A stretch of DNA of 64,000 nt from an uncultured Bacilli bacterium (GCA_934148845.1 CAKPDH010000003.1:65789-129788), one strand, 5' to 3'; counted from the stretch's first letter, positions 32,312-43,276 are shown. Notes: a model not told the origin generated them from the letters alone. Numbers and translations: made by a program.

Positions 32312-35300
32312 ATGAAGAAAATTTTTATGATTATTGGCATATCAACAATTATAATATGTATGGTTATGATAAATGTTAGTAATGTAAATAGTGTCACAAC
32401 ATCAGACACATTTGAAGGAATAGGTTCATCGGGAGGTTCTCTTACTTCAAATCCTTGTGGCGAAAGTAGAACATGCATGAATCTTTTACCATATTTTGGA
32501 ATAAAGGTTACAATAGTTAAGAAAAATAATAATTCGCTTAAATCAATAACTAAACCTATTTATGTATGGAATAATGTTAATGAATCTAATGAATTAAATT
32601 ATGCTATAAAATTTATTGTTGAAAATAAATATGTATCTGACGATCCAGGAATTGCACAGTATCTTTATAAAGAATGTTACAACGCAAAAATAGTTGATAG
32701 TATCAAAGTAAGTAATTATATAAAAAAACACAGTATATCATCATCAGGACCTAATTATAATATTTTTAATTATAATGATACAAATTCAGATGATGAGAAA
32801 GCTCGAAATGTATCATCCTGGGATGAAATGAAATCCAAACTTTTAAATGGTAATTCGCATCTTCAAAGTCTTTTAAAAATTATAGCTGAAAATAAATTGT
32901 TTAATGATGGATATTCATTGGATTCTGTGGAAGGAATGTTAATTAAAATTGAACCAATAAATGTTTTTCAAGAAAAAAATGGTGAATCTTGTTTATTTTA
33001 TGTTGGTAGTATGGGAGATATTCATAGTGGCTACACTGGATCTGATTCAGTTCTTAACGATTTTTTTAGTCCAAAAGTAGGCTACTGGAGAGTTTATCAT
33101 AACAGAATAATTAGCTATTATGTTACGAATAGTGATTTTAATTCAATAGGTTATAATGGTATAACAGGATATGAGGGTGAAACAGGAATTGAAGACAATT
33201 ATTCAAAAGCAGTAGAAACATATAATAATAATGGTTATGCTAAAACAGGTCTAGGAGTTGCATATATAAAAATATCATCTCAGTACATACCAGGAAAACT
33301 TCAAATAAAGAAAATTGATGGTATTAATAATCCAATTGCTAATGTGCATTTTGATTTGTATAAAGGTCTTTGTACAGATGGTAAACTTATAAAACAAGAT
33401 ATAGTGACGTCAGGTGAAGGATTAGCTACTGTTGAAAATCTTGAGTCTGGTAAATATTGTATAAAAGAAACACAAGCTCCATATGGATATAAAAAGAGTG
33501 ATTTAGAAAAAATAGTGTATATAACTGCAGGCGAAACAAATAGCGTTGAGTTTAAAAATTTTAAATATCCAGCATTAAAAATCTATAAATATAAAGCTGG
33601 AACAAAGAAAGCTTTATCTGGTGCTGAATTTACGGTATATGCAGGTAATTGTGAAAATAAAGGTGCGAGAATAGACCGTGGTTCTACAAATGAAGATGGA
33701 TTTCTTCAATTTATGTTAAATAAGAGAGGAGCATACTGTGTTGAGGAAACACAAGCACCAAATAACTATATTAACAGCAATTCTTCAAAAAATGTTTATT
33801 TGAAATTTGGCGATGATATAACTTTAGAATTTGAAAATGAGTTAGACTGTAAAGGTGAATTTGAACAGGCAAAAGTTAATGGTGAGGTTTCAATGCAGGA
33901 TAGAATTAAAATATTTTGGGGAAAATATTCTATAGATGGTAAAGGTAGACGATATAATCAATTGTTAAATTTGACCAATAAAGATGCGACTTCTGCTTGT
34001 CAATATAAAAAACCAACGTACACACCCCAAATAACTTGCTTTAATTTTAAATATCCTTCAAATAGTGAATTTAATGCAAACAATCTTTCAAATTATAATG
34101 AACAATTTTTTAGTAATGATGGCTATATTAACTTTTGCTTAACTACTACGAATATATATACTGAAAAAAAATTACCTTCAGATAAAATAAAGGTAAAGGC
34201 CGGCATGATTGTTTTTGACGATAAACTTCAATTAAAGGTAGTTAAAACATGTTATAAATATCAATATGATAGTGCTTCTTCTGCTTCAAACTCAGGATTT
34301 AATTACACATTGAATGATGTATGGATTAACAAATATAGAACTTCATTTACTGAAAATATAATAAATAATGTTCGTATAAATAAATTAATTACTGATTATG
34401 AATATATTAATGAGGATAAAATAAATTATTTAAAAGATATACCTAACGGCTCAAAGTCTATAAGCGATAAAGATGAAAATAACAATTTAATTAAATCTGA
34501 AGATGATGGAAAAATAACTTATGAATATACGTATAAATATGAATATACTCCGATAAGTTTGTTGTATGGCTCTGGAAAGAATATTGCGAGTAAGGGTAAA
34601 TATTCAAACAATTTTAATGTACCGGGAATTATAAGTACATTTTCAGAGTCTGGATCTCAAATCATAAAATTTGGTGTGAAATATAAAGATTATACTGATA
34701 ATAAAGATATATACATAAATACAGAAGATGATGATGATAATTGCAAATATACTGTTGACCAAGCAATTATAACAGGATCTAATTTATTAAATCTACAGTT
34801 TGAACAAGTAAATTTAAAAAATCCATTTATAGAAAAAAATAATAATCCTACTACTGGTAATGTTACTATTAGAAAGGTAGGATCTAATTGGCGTTCAATT
34901 GATATTAATTCCTTTGATCTAAACGGTGATGGAGTTAGAAATGAAATAGATGAAGCAATAAAAAAATACGTTAATGATTTTATAAAGAATCCTTTAGCTA
35001 GTGAAAACGGAGATAACTATTTAGTTAAATATGTTATGAATGGTAGACCTAATAGTTATAGTAAGGATAAGCCTAAGTATGTAATAACGCTTACTCCATC
35101 TGATATTAAAGCTATTAGAAATTATAATGATTCTAATGATTATCAAGATTATGAAAAAGTTTATTGTACAGATTCTAATAATGTTTTGTGTTCAACGGAT
35201 TTCATTGATAATTTAAAAACTACTGATCCTAAGGTATGCGTAGGTGATACTTGTGAAAAGCTAAGCTCAGGTATTAATTTTAAAAGAGAAGTTACTGGTG

Positions 35301-36376
35301 GTAGTGATGTTAAAGATGCTTCATATATTAAGTTTTCTTTAAGTAATAGCGATTATGGTAAAATAGAAGGGGACATGAATATAGTTGTAAAAAAGGGAGA
35401 TAAGATAGAGTTTCCAGAGTTAAATATTAAGGAAGGTTATGGATTACTTGGTTGGATAACAAAAAATGAAAATAATAGATTTAACTACAATAATTATATA
35501 GATATATCAAATGTAACTGCTACTTTAGGTACTCAAGAGTATATGGCTGTACTTGCTAAAGAGCATAAAATATATAGAGAAACTGATGGTAATAATAGTT
35601 ATGTTTGTACGGTTTTGAGTAGAAAAAGTATGCAAGAAAGTGGTTGTCCAAGACTTGCTGACCCATCTAATGCATCTGGATTTGAAGGATGGAAATATAA
35701 TAATAGAGTTATAGATAATTATTATACGAGAAAATTTATTACTGATAATGATGATTTTATAATAACATTTACACCTAGTTATACACAAATTAAAATATAT
35801 GAAAGTATAGAGGTTGTAATGAATAATACAAAAATTAGATATTCTAAACGAGGTGTAGACATAGTAAGTAAGATTGATAAAATAATAGGAACATATTCTA
35901 TGAATGGTAAAATATTTAGTGAGCCAATAAATAAAAATCAATGTGAATATGATGGAGATGTTCACTCAACTAGATTAGGTAAAAATGCTTTTAGAGCAAG
36001 GTGCAAAAGAATATATTCTAAATATATAGACTATGAAATTGTAAAAGTTCCACTAGACTATATTGATACGAATAAAAATGCTTTAGGCGCTGGAATATTT
36101 ACTATATATACTAATTCAAATTATGAAAATGAAATTAGTGAGGCATATATAAAAGATAGTGAAAATAATACTCATAAATTTGAAAGGACTCATTTAGGCC
36201 TAAGAATAGACTTAAAAGAATTTGTGCCAGGAAAATATCCAGTTGGCGATTATTGGTTTGATTTAGTTTTTAAAGGAAAGAATGAAGACCTAATTACATG
36301 TAAGTTTAAAGTTACAAAGACTAAGCTAGGTTTAATTCCTAAAAGAGATGTAATTATATGTCCAGAATATCAATGA
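32312..36376 (+). CDS. giant secreted adhesin-like protein with two Cna-B-type domains
   Basis: Signal peptide. Tandem Cna-B motifs (SGKYCIKETQAPYGY, GAYCVEETQAPNNY). Same C-terminal shared modules (DLNGDGVRNEID, YLVKYVMNGRPNSY, LTPSDIKAIRNYND, CSTDFIDNL). 1354 aa. No LPXTG motif. Confidence 0.65.
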   Translation: MKKIFMIIGISTIIICMVMINVSNVNSVTTSDTFEGIGSSGGSLTSNPCGESRTCMNLLPYFGIKVTIVKKNNNSLKSITKPIYVWNNVNESNELNYAIKFIVENKYVSDDPGIAQYLYKECYNAKIVDSIKVSNYIKKHSISSSGPNYNIFNYNDTNSDDEKARNVSSWDEMKSKLLNGNSHLQSLLKIIAENKLFNDGYSLDSVEGMLIKIEPINVFQEKNGESCLFYVGSMGDIHSGYTGSDSVLNDFFSPKVGYWRVYHNRIISYYVTNSDFNSIGYNGITGYEGETGIEDNYSKAVETYNNNGYAKTGLGVAYIKISSQYIPGKLQIKKIDGINNPIANVHFDLYKGLCTDGKLIKQDIVTSGEGLATVENLESGKYCIKETQAPYGYKKSDLEKIVYITAGETNSVEFKNFKYPALKIYKYKAGTKKALSGAEFTVYAGNCENKGARIDRGSTNEDGFLQFMLNKRGAYCVEETQAPNNYINSNSSKNVYLKFGDDITLEFENELDCKGEFEQAKVNGEVSMQDRIKIFWGKYSIDGKGRRYNQLLNLTNKDATSACQYKKPTYTPQITCFNFKYPSNSEFNANNLSNYNEQFFSNDGYINFCLTTTNIYTEKKLPSDKIKVKAGMIVFDDKLQLKVVKTCYKYQYDSASSASNSGFNYTLNDVWINKYRTSFTENIINNVRINKLITDYEYINEDKINYLKDIPNGSKSISDKDENNNLIKSEDDGKITYEYTYKYEYTPISLLYGSGKNIASKGKYSNNFNVPGIISTFSESGSQIIKFGVKYKDYTDNKDIYINTEDDDDNCKYTVDQAIITGSNLLNLQFEQVNLKNPFIEKNNNPTTGNVTIRKVGSNWRSIDINSFDLNGDGVRNEIDEAIKKYVNDFIKNPLASENGDNYLVKYVMNGRPNSYSKDKPKYVITLTPSDIKAIRNYNDSNDYQDYEKVYCTDSNNVLCSTDFIDNLKTTDPKVCVGDTCEKLSSGINFKREVTGGSDVKDASYIKFSLSNSDYGKIEGDMNIVVKKGDKIEFPELNIKEGYGLLGWITKNENNRFNYNNYIDISNVTATLGTQEYMAVLAKEHKIYRETDGNNSYVCTVLSRKSMQESGCPRLADPSNASGFEGWKYNNRVIDNYYTRKFITDNDDFIITFTPSYTQIKIYESIEVVMNNTKIRYSKRGVDIVSKIDKIIGTYSMNGKIFSEPINKNQCEYDGDVHSTRLGKNAFRARCKRIYSKYIDYEIVKVPLDYIDTNKNALGAGIFTIYTNSNYENEISEAYIKDSENNTHKFERTHLGLRIDLKEFVPGKYPVGDYWFDLVFKGKNEDLITCKFKVTKTKLGLIPKRDVIICPEYQ

Positions 36377-36384
36377 ATTCTTAA

Positions 36385-36420
36385 TTAATTGGAGTACTAA
36401 TACATTAGTATTCCTTTTTT
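36385..36420 (+). terminator. weak intrinsic terminator
   Basis: GGAGTACTAA-taca-TTAGTATTCC imperfect stem followed by TTTTTTT. Confidence 0.4.
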
Positions 36421-36461
36421 TATTTATTTATTGTATAATTATATAGAATAGGAGTGGTTTT

Positions 36462-38015
36462 ATGATACTAAGAAAACCGTATGCATTTTTTATTAAAATG
36501 TTTAAACCAATTCACTTAATATTGAGTGCTTTACTTATTTATAGTATATATCTTGAAAATAAGCTATTGGGAATTTTTAATAATTATATTAATACTGATA
36601 TACTTAGTATAGAAAATTCTTATATAGTAAATAATGGTATATATATAATACCTATTATAGTTATAGTAGCTTCTATTATAATGCTTACTATTATGCATCA
36701 AAAAAATAAACCATATAAATTTTATTTTATTACTATAATATCACTTATATTTGTTATTGTAGTTAATTCATATTCTGTTAATGTAATAAAATTAATGACT
36801 GAGAACATTCTTCCTGTTAGAACAGTTAAAATGGTACATGATTTAATGTTTATAAATATTGTTATAGATATTGTTCTTATAGTACTATTTATAATAAGAG
36901 GTCTTGGAATTAATATTAGAAAATTTGATTTTTCATCTGATTTGTCTAAGATGGATATAAGTGATAAAGATAAAGAAGAGTATGAAGTATCACTTAATAT
37001 TAATTATGATGAAACTAAAAAGAAAAGAAAGAGATTTTTTAGAAATTTTAAATATTTCTATTTTGAACACAAATTTATATGTAATATAACTATTTTATTT
37101 ATATTAATAATTGTCGTATCTATAACATTTATAACTATTAATAATAGAATATATAAAGTAAAGGAATCTACTGTACAGGAATTAAATGGTCTTACATTTA
37201 AAGTAAATAAATCTATGTTTGTAGATACTAATACTAAAGGTAAAAAATTTCTAAGTGATAGTGTATTAGTAGTTGTAGATATTAATTTAAAAAGTAACTA
37301 TAGCAGTAAAGTATTTTCAAAAGACTTTAATTTAAATATAGAAGGTAAAAAGTTCTATCCAACTGATAGTTATTCTAATGAATTATTTGATTTGGGTAAA
37401 ATATTTACTGATGAAAATATAAAAAATACATATACTAAATATCTATTAGCGTTTGAAATACCTCTAAAATATAAAGATAGTAAAATTAAATTTAATTATG
37501 TAAGCTTAGGTAAAAAGGTTATGGTTAATCTAAATCCTACTTTAATTAATAATAATTCTAAAAAATTTAATTATAATATTTCTGATAAACTAGAATTTAA
37601 GGATTCTCTTTCTTCTGTAAGATTAAAAATAAATAGCTATGAAATTATAGATAAATATAAAATAGATTATAAATATTGTTATCAAAATGATTGTATTGAT
37701 TCATCTGAGTATATAAAACCATCTTATGATAAAAATTATGATAAAACTATGCTTAAAATTAATTATGAATTTAGTAGTGATTCAAGTATTAATATAGATG
37801 ATTTAATAAATAAAACTAGTTATATAGAATATTACATAAATAATGAAATATTTTATGATTATGATTTAGAAATTATTTATAGTAATAAAAAGAAGTTTAC
37901 TGATACTATTTTTATAGGTGTTAATAATAAAGTTAAAGATGCAACTTATATTAGCTTAAATTTTGAAGTTAGAAATACAATTTATAAGTATATAATAAAG
38001 GAGGCTAAATCATGA
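36462..38015 (+). CDS. polytopic membrane protein with large extracytoplasmic C-terminal domain
   Basis: ~5 TM helices in the first 220 aa. An Asn/Tyr-rich C-terminal domain follows. Confidence 0.4.
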   Translation: MILRKPYAFFIKMFKPIHLILSALLIYSIYLENKLLGIFNNYINTDILSIENSYIVNNGIYIIPIIVIVASIIMLTIMHQKNKPYKFYFITIISLIFVIVVNSYSVNVIKLMTENILPVRTVKMVHDLMFINIVIDIVLIVLFIIRGLGINIRKFDFSSDLSKMDISDKDKEEYEVSLNINYDETKKKRKRFFRNFKYFYFEHKFICNITILFILIIVVSITFITINNRIYKVKESTVQELNGLTFKVNKSMFVDTNTKGKKFLSDSVLVVVDINLKSNYSSKVFSKDFNLNIEGKKFYPTDSYSNELFDLGKIFTDENIKNTYTKYLLAFEIPLKYKDSKIKFNYVSLGKKVMVNLNPTLINNNSKKFNYNISDKLEFKDSLSSVRLKINSYEIIDKYKIDYKYCYQNDCIDSSEYIKPSYDKNYDKTMLKINYEFSSDSSINIDDLINKTSYIEYYINNEIFYDYDLEIIYSNKKKFTDTIFIGVNNKVKDATYISLNFEVRNTIYKYIIKEAKS

Positions 38016-38662
38016 AGAAAATTGCTTTATTTATTATAAGTATTTTTATATTTACAAATTTAGTAAGCGCTAGGTGTACTAATAGTGATATAGCCAAATT
38101 AAAAAAATACGCTAATAATATTAATTTATCATATAATTTTTATTATGATTTAAATAATCCTATGTTTAGTATAACTGTTAATAATATAATACCTGATATA
38201 TATATTGTTGATTCAAGAGATGATATTAAGTATACATATTTAAATACTAGTAATGGTGAAATTACTATATATAACTATAGACCTAATTATGATTCTGGAA
38301 AATACACAATTTATTCTAATAAAAATGAATGTGTTGGATATAAAGTAGGGGTTAAGTATTATAAATTTCCAAAATATAATTTCTATTATGATACAAAGTA
38401 TTGTGAGGGTTATAAAAATTTAAAAATATGTAATAGATTTTATGATACATCAAATTATACATCGGATCAAGTAAAGAAAATAATAGAAGATTATAATAAA
38501 GAAGATAATAAGGAAGATGAAATTAAATATGTAAATAAAAGCTTTTTAGATACAATAATTGAATTTTATGTGCATAATTATATAATACTTTTAGTAAGCA
38601 TTATAACAATATGTTTATTAATTATATTTATTGAGCGTAAAAGAGATAAATTTAGATTATAA
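38012..38662 (+). CDS. secreted protein with C-terminal TM anchor
   Basis: Signal peptide, a Cys-containing domain and a C-terminal hydrophobic helix. The start overlaps the previous stop (ATGA). Confidence 0.4.
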   Translation: MKKIALFIISIFIFTNLVSARCTNSDIAKLKKYANNINLSYNFYYDLNNPMFSITVNNIIPDIYIVDSRDDIKYTYLNTSNGEITIYNYRPNYDSGKYTIYSNKNECVGYKVGVKYYKFPKYNFYYDTKYCEGYKNLKICNRFYDTSNYTSDQVKKIIEDYNKEDNKEDEIKYVNKSFLDTIIEFYVHNYIILLVSIITICLLIIFIERKRDKFRL

Positions 38663-38720
38663 TTGGTTGAAAAATAGAAAAAAATATGTTAATATGTAAA
38701 TGTAGATTGTAGGTGATATA

Positions 38721-39122
38721 GTGAGAGAATCAGTATGGGGGTATGCAGTAATAGTACTTGGAGTACTGGCAATTATGATTATATGGTTTTTTGGTAATAA
38801 TACTAAAATAGATCAACATAATTATAATTTACTTAAAGAAACAGTAGAAAGTGCTATGTATGATTCGATTGATTTATCAGCTTATAGGGATAAAGGCGTT
38901 GTAAAGATAATTGAAGCAAAATTTATAGAAAATTTTATAAGAAGATTTGCTGAAAATGCAGATTTATCTAATACATATGTAATAGAAATATATGATGTGC
39001 TTGAAGCTCCACCTAAAGTAAGTTTAGTTGTTAAAAGTGCTAATGAGACAACTGCTACAGGTGAAATAGTTAAATTTAATATGGTAAATAATATAGACGC
39101 AGTATTAGAGACTACGTATTGA
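38721..39122 (+). CDS. TadE-like/pseudopilin-like protein
   Basis: N-terminus MRESVWG|YAVIVLGVLAIMIIWFF has a short charged leader ending in Gly and then a hydrophobic helix, which is the prepilin-like class III signal layout. It sits first in the Tad module. Confidence 0.45.
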   Translation: MRESVWGYAVIVLGVLAIMIIWFFGNNTKIDQHNYNLLKETVESAMYDSIDLSAYRDKGVVKIIEAKFIENFIRRFAENADLSNTYVIEIYDVLEAPPKVSLVVKSANETTATGEIVKFNMVNNIDAVLETTY

Positions 39123-39139
39123 GAGGAGAATAAAGAGAT

Positions 39140-40015
39140 ATGAATAATTTTGTTATAGGGTTAAAAAGATTTGTTACAAATAAAAATGTTGTTACTATTG
39201 TACTTGTTTTAGTAGCTCTTGGTTTATTATTTTGGGGGTATACTTCTACATTAAAGAAACAAACAAATCCAGTAAACTTACCAGTAGCGGCTACTACAAT
39301 AAGTGCTAGAACTAAATTAACTAATGAAAATATTAAATATGTTAAAGTTGCAAGTAGTATGATTAGTTCTAATGTTATTAGATCATCACAATCTTTAATT
39401 GATAAGTATGTAAATATTAATGTAACAGTTCCTGAGGGAAGCCCTTTTTATAAAGAATGGGTAGTAGAAGAAAAGGATGTTCCAGGTAACTGGGTTGAAC
39501 AATTAGATCGTAAAAAAGGTGAATTAGGTTACTATATGAGTGTTGATATGAACTCAACACTAGGAAATTCAGTATTACCTAATTCATATATAGATATATA
39601 CATGAAAGCTACTGATGAAAATGGTGTCATAATGTTTGGTAAACTTATGGAAAACATTAAAGTATTAGTAGTTCATGATGGTAGTGGAAAAAATGTATTT
39701 GATAATGTTAATTCTATTGGTACAGCATCAAAAATTGGATTTGCTGTAAGCCAAGATTTATATATATTATTAAAGAAAGCAAATTATCTTGGAATTGATC
39801 TTCAATTAGTGCCTCGTGGTAGTACAGTTCCAGATAATGATTATATTATTGTAAAAAGTTCTACATTAAGAGATTATATTGATGCACAAACAATTACAGT
39901 AGAAGAAGATTTAACTGCTGATGATATGAAGAACAATACTGATAATACAGAAAATAATACTGACAATAATACTAATACTAATACTAATACAAATAACGAA
40001 GCAAATAATCAGTAA
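39140..40015 (+). CDS. cpaB: Flp pilus assembly protein CpaB/RcpC-like
   Basis: N-terminal TM. SAF-like region (PVNLPVAATTISARTKLTNENIKYV). CpaB-type C-terminal region. Confidence 0.6.
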   Translation: MNNFVIGLKRFVTNKNVVTIVLVLVALGLLFWGYTSTLKKQTNPVNLPVAATTISARTKLTNENIKYVKVASSMISSNVIRSSQSLIDKYVNINVTVPEGSPFYKEWVVEEKDVPGNWVEQLDRKKGELGYYMSVDMNSTLGNSVLPNSYIDIYMKATDENGVIMFGKLMENIKVLVVHDGSGKNVFDNVNSIGTASKIGFAVSQDLYILLKKANYLGIDLQLVPRGSTVPDNDYIIVKSSTLRDYIDAQTITVEEDLTADDMKNNTDNTENNTDNNTNTNTNTNNEANNQ

Positions 40016-40043
40016 ATAAATAGAATAAAAAGGGTATGATAAT

Positions 40044-41228
40044 ATGCAGGATAGTATATTTGAAGGAATGGATTTTGGCCCTTTAACAGAATACTTGAAT
40101 AATGATGATATTACTGATATTTCGTATAGTAATAATGGACAAGTATGGTTAAAGACATTATCTAAGGGGATATTTAGAGTTGATAATCCGGCTATAAATA
40201 ATGCATTTATGGAAAAGCTTGCCTTTCAATGTTCAAATGTAATGGGTAAAAGTTTTAATGCAGCCCATCCGTTCCTAGACAGTGAAAGTGCGGAATTACG
40301 TATGAATTTTGTACATGATTCTATAGCAAAAAATGGTATAGCCTGCGTTATACGTAAAACCCCAGCAAAAATTAGACTTGAAAAGAAAAAAATATTAAAA
40401 GAAAAGTATGTAACTGAAGATATACTTGATATGTTAATAACTTGTGTTCATGGACATTGTAATATAATTGTTTGTGGAGAAACAGGTAGTGGTAAAACAG
40501 AATTTGTTAAATATCTTGCTTCAAATACATATGAAAATGAAAAAATAATAACAATAGAAGATACATTAGAGCTTCACTTAGACAAAATATATCCAAATAG
40601 AGATATTGTAGCTATGAAAACTAATAACATAGCAAGTTATTCTGATGTACTTGTAACTTGTATGAGACAAAATCCTAAATGGATTTTATTATCAGAAGTA
40701 CGTAGTGCAGAAGCTGTTATGGCTGTTAGAAACTCAATTTCATCAGGACATTATATTTTATCTACAATACACGCAGATAAGGCTTCTTCAATACCTAATC
40801 GTATGTATAGTTTACTTGAAACTAATCAGGATATAGAACAATTTTTAAAATCTATTTATAGATATATCCAAATTGGTGTATATATAAGAGGATATATGAG
40901 TAAAGAAGAAAAAAGATTTGTAAGAGAAATTGCAGAAGTTACTGAGTTTTATGTAACTGAAGATAATGAGGCTAAATATAATACTATTTATAAAAAAACT
41001 CCAGATGGAGTTGTGTATAGGAGAAATCCAAGCAAATACTTAATTGAATATCTAGAAGCTCAAGGAGTTAAACTACCTAATAATTTTATTAGGGAAGATT
41101 TACCAAATCCTGGTGATGAAGCTAAAAAAGAAAGCATGGATGACTATATGCGTGATATAAGTAGTAATCAAGTATTAGAAAAAAATACTACTAATAATAA
41201 AAAAAATGATGAAATTATATTTGGATAG
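40044..41228 (+). CDS. tadA: Tad/Flp secretion ATPase (TadA/CpaF; GspE/VirB11 superfamily)
   Basis: Walker A CGETGSGKT. Asp box ILLSEVR. His box STIHA. 394 aa, consistent with CpaF rather than VirB11. Flanked by CpaB-like and TadB/TadC-like genes. Confidence 0.85.
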   Translation: MQDSIFEGMDFGPLTEYLNNDDITDISYSNNGQVWLKTLSKGIFRVDNPAINNAFMEKLAFQCSNVMGKSFNAAHPFLDSESAELRMNFVHDSIAKNGIACVIRKTPAKIRLEKKKILKEKYVTEDILDMLITCVHGHCNIIVCGETGSGKTEFVKYLASNTYENEKIITIEDTLELHLDKIYPNRDIVAMKTNNIASYSDVLVTCMRQNPKWILLSEVRSAEAVMAVRNSISSGHYILSTIHADKASSIPNRMYSLLETNQDIEQFLKSIYRYIQIGVYIRGYMSKEEKRFVREIAEVTEFYVTEDNEAKYNTIYKKTPDGVVYRRNPSKYLIEYLEAQGVKLPNNFIREDLPNPGDEAKKESMDDYMRDISSNQVLEKNTTNNKKNDEIIFG

Positions 41229-41240
41229 GAGGTATAAATT

Positions 41241-42143
41241 ATGAATACTGTTTTACTTTTTGTAATTGTATCTGCAATACTTATATTTGTAATTATATAT
41301 AGAAGTAGTGCAGGAACTGAAACTTATGAGTTTGTAAAAACTCAAGGTAGAAGACTATATAGTAAAGTTTCTCCATATACTTATAAAGAAATAAAGAAGA
41401 AAATAAGAGAAATGAAACAGGATTATACTGTTCAACAATATATTTTACACATTGTTATATTTGCAATAGGCGCAGGAGGTATAACTTATTTGTACTTTTA
41501 TAGCATAATTATTTCAATAATATATGCTTTAATAGCAGTAGCGCTTGTACCTTATATTAACTATTTAAGATGTAAAAGAATATATAGTGAATTTATTTTT
41601 GAACAAATCCAAGTATATACTACTAATACCATTATGGAATTTGCAACTACTCAAAGCTTTGTAAAAGCTCTTGAGGGTGTTAATTCATCAGGAGTATTAG
41701 AAGATCCATTAAAACATGATGTTCAGGTAATGATTGATATGGCTTATGAAAATGGTACAATAAATCAATCACTTGAATATATGAATTCTAAATATGATTT
41801 TTATATGGTAAGAAACATGCATCAACTATTTTTACAAATTACTAATGAGGGTTCTAAAGATGCTAGTGATTCACTTGAAAATATGTCAAATGATATAGAT
41901 ACACTTGTTGAAGGAGTGTATAGGGATAGAATCGATAGGGAAGCATTTTATAAAAAATTTCTTAGATTTGGATTAATACTTTACTTAATGATAGGTGTAA
42001 TACAACTTATGTTAGGTGAAACATATCAAGTAATGCTTAAACTATGGTATGCTCAGCTTTTATTACATATTATCGTAATAGTAAATACATTTTTCTTAAT
42101 GTCTGGAACCAAATTTTATAATGAGAATGTAGGTGCCGAATGA
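41241..42143 (+). CDS. tadB: TadB-like membrane protein (GspF-domain)
   Basis: N-terminal TM, cytoplasmic helical domain and C-terminal TMs, in the typical position after the ATPase. Confidence 0.6.
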   Translation: MNTVLLFVIVSAILIFVIIYRSSAGTETYEFVKTQGRRLYSKVSPYTYKEIKKKIREMKQDYTVQQYILHIVIFAIGAGGITYLYFYSIIISIIYALIAVALVPYINYLRCKRIYSEFIFEQIQVYTTNTIMEFATTQSFVKALEGVNSSGVLEDPLKHDVQVMIDMAYENGTINQSLEYMNSKYDFYMVRNMHQLFLQITNEGSKDASDSLENMSNDIDTLVEGVYRDRIDREAFYKKFLRFGLILYLMIGVIQLMLGETYQVMLKLWYAQLLLHIIVIVNTFFLMSGTKFYNENVGAE

Positions 42144-42940
42144 GTATCTGGTTTTATGTACTTATCGCTGCAATTTTTATATTTGTAGTATGTTATAATA
42201 ATATTATTAATGTAAAAACTATAATAACTCAAGTAAATCCTATCTTACTTAAGTTTATGGAAAAAGACTATGAATTTTTATTAAGAGTAAAATATGGTGA
42301 AGCAGAATATGATATAAATTATTTATTTGGAATACGAATAAGAAATGGTATTATAACTAGTGCTGCTTTAATTCTTTTATTAATAGCAGCAGGCTATATG
42401 AGCTATATATTTGTTTTAGCATCATTAATTGCAGGCTTTCTGGCATTTAAAAGTAGTTATTTTACATTAAAAAATTATTACAAAGTAAGACTAAATTATA
42501 TAAGCTCTATGTTACCATATTTCTTGAAAAGCTTAGAAATATTAGTACAACATTATACAGTACCAGTAGCTTTATCAAGAAGTATTGATACCGCGCCAGA
42601 AATATTTAGACCAGGATTAAAACGTTTAGTAGCAAAAATAGACTCAGGTGATTCATCAATACAACCATATGTTGACTTTGCTAATGAATATCCTGTTAGA
42701 GATTCTATGAGAATGATGAGATTATTATATCGTTTAGGACTTGGTACTAATCAAGATAAACATGAGCAAATAATGATGTTTTCAAGAACAGTATCATCAC
42801 TTCAAAATAAAGCAAGAGAAATAAAATATAAAAATAGACTTGAATCTTTTGAAAAAAGAACAATGGTTATGTTATTTGTAACAGGTGGTGGAGTATTACT
42901 TGTATTATTCCTATCAATGACACTAATGATGCAAATATAA
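42140..42940 (+). CDS. tadC: TadC-like membrane protein (GspF-domain)
   Basis: Same topology class as tadB. Start overlaps the previous stop (ATGA coupling). Confidence 0.55.
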   Translation: MSIWFYVLIAAIFIFVVCYNNIINVKTIITQVNPILLKFMEKDYEFLLRVKYGEAEYDINYLFGIRIRNGIITSAALILLLIAAGYMSYIFVLASLIAGFLAFKSSYFTLKNYYKVRLNYISSMLPYFLKSLEILVQHYTVPVALSRSIDTAPEIFRPGLKRLVAKIDSGDSSIQPYVDFANEYPVRDSMRMMRLLYRLGLGTNQDKHEQIMMFSRTVSSLQNKAREIKYKNRLESFEKRTMVMLFVTGGGVLLVLFLSMTLMMQI

Positions 42941-43024
42941 TAAAAAAAACTAAAAAATGTTGAAAAATAAAACAAAAATATGATATACTAAAAGTGTAAT
43001 ATTATAAAGGTAGGTGATATATAA

Positions 43025-43276
43025 ATGAAAGAAGCAGCAGGAGAAGCTAACATGACAGTAATTACAATAGTATTAATAGCAATCGTACTTGCAGTTGGTA
43101 CACTTATTGTAAATACAATGATGAAAAATACAAAAAATAGTAGTGCTTGTTCAGCATGTGGCGGTTCTTGGAAGGGAGGTAAATGTATTGATCCTGATAA
43201 TAGTAATAATCTTATTGATTATACGTCTTGTTTATCAGGTGACCCTGCAAAACCAGCCCCAACACCAACACCTTAG
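43025..43276 (+). CDS. small TM protein, possible Flp-type pilin
   Basis: 83 aa with a short N-terminus, one hydrophobic helix, a Cys-rich middle and a Pro-rich tail. The canonical G/XXXXEY Flp motif is not evident. Confidence 0.3.
   Translation: MKEAAGEANMTVITIVLIAIVLAVGTLIVNTMMKNTKNSSACSACGGSWKGGKCIDPDNSNNLIDYTSCLSGDPAKPAPTPTP

Noticed and set aside
32257-32478. 73-aa minus-strand ORF
   Set aside because: Antisense across the start of the giant adhesin gene.
35525-35965. 146-aa minus-strand ORF
   Set aside because: Antisense inside the 1354-aa adhesin gene; low-complexity.
40044-41228. Alternative call of the secretion ATPase as VirB11 rather than TadA/CpaF
   Set aside because: Its length (~394 aa) and its neighbours (CpaB-like upstream, two GspF-domain membrane proteins downstream, TadZ-like nearby) fit Tad better. 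It remains formally possible without a phylogeny.
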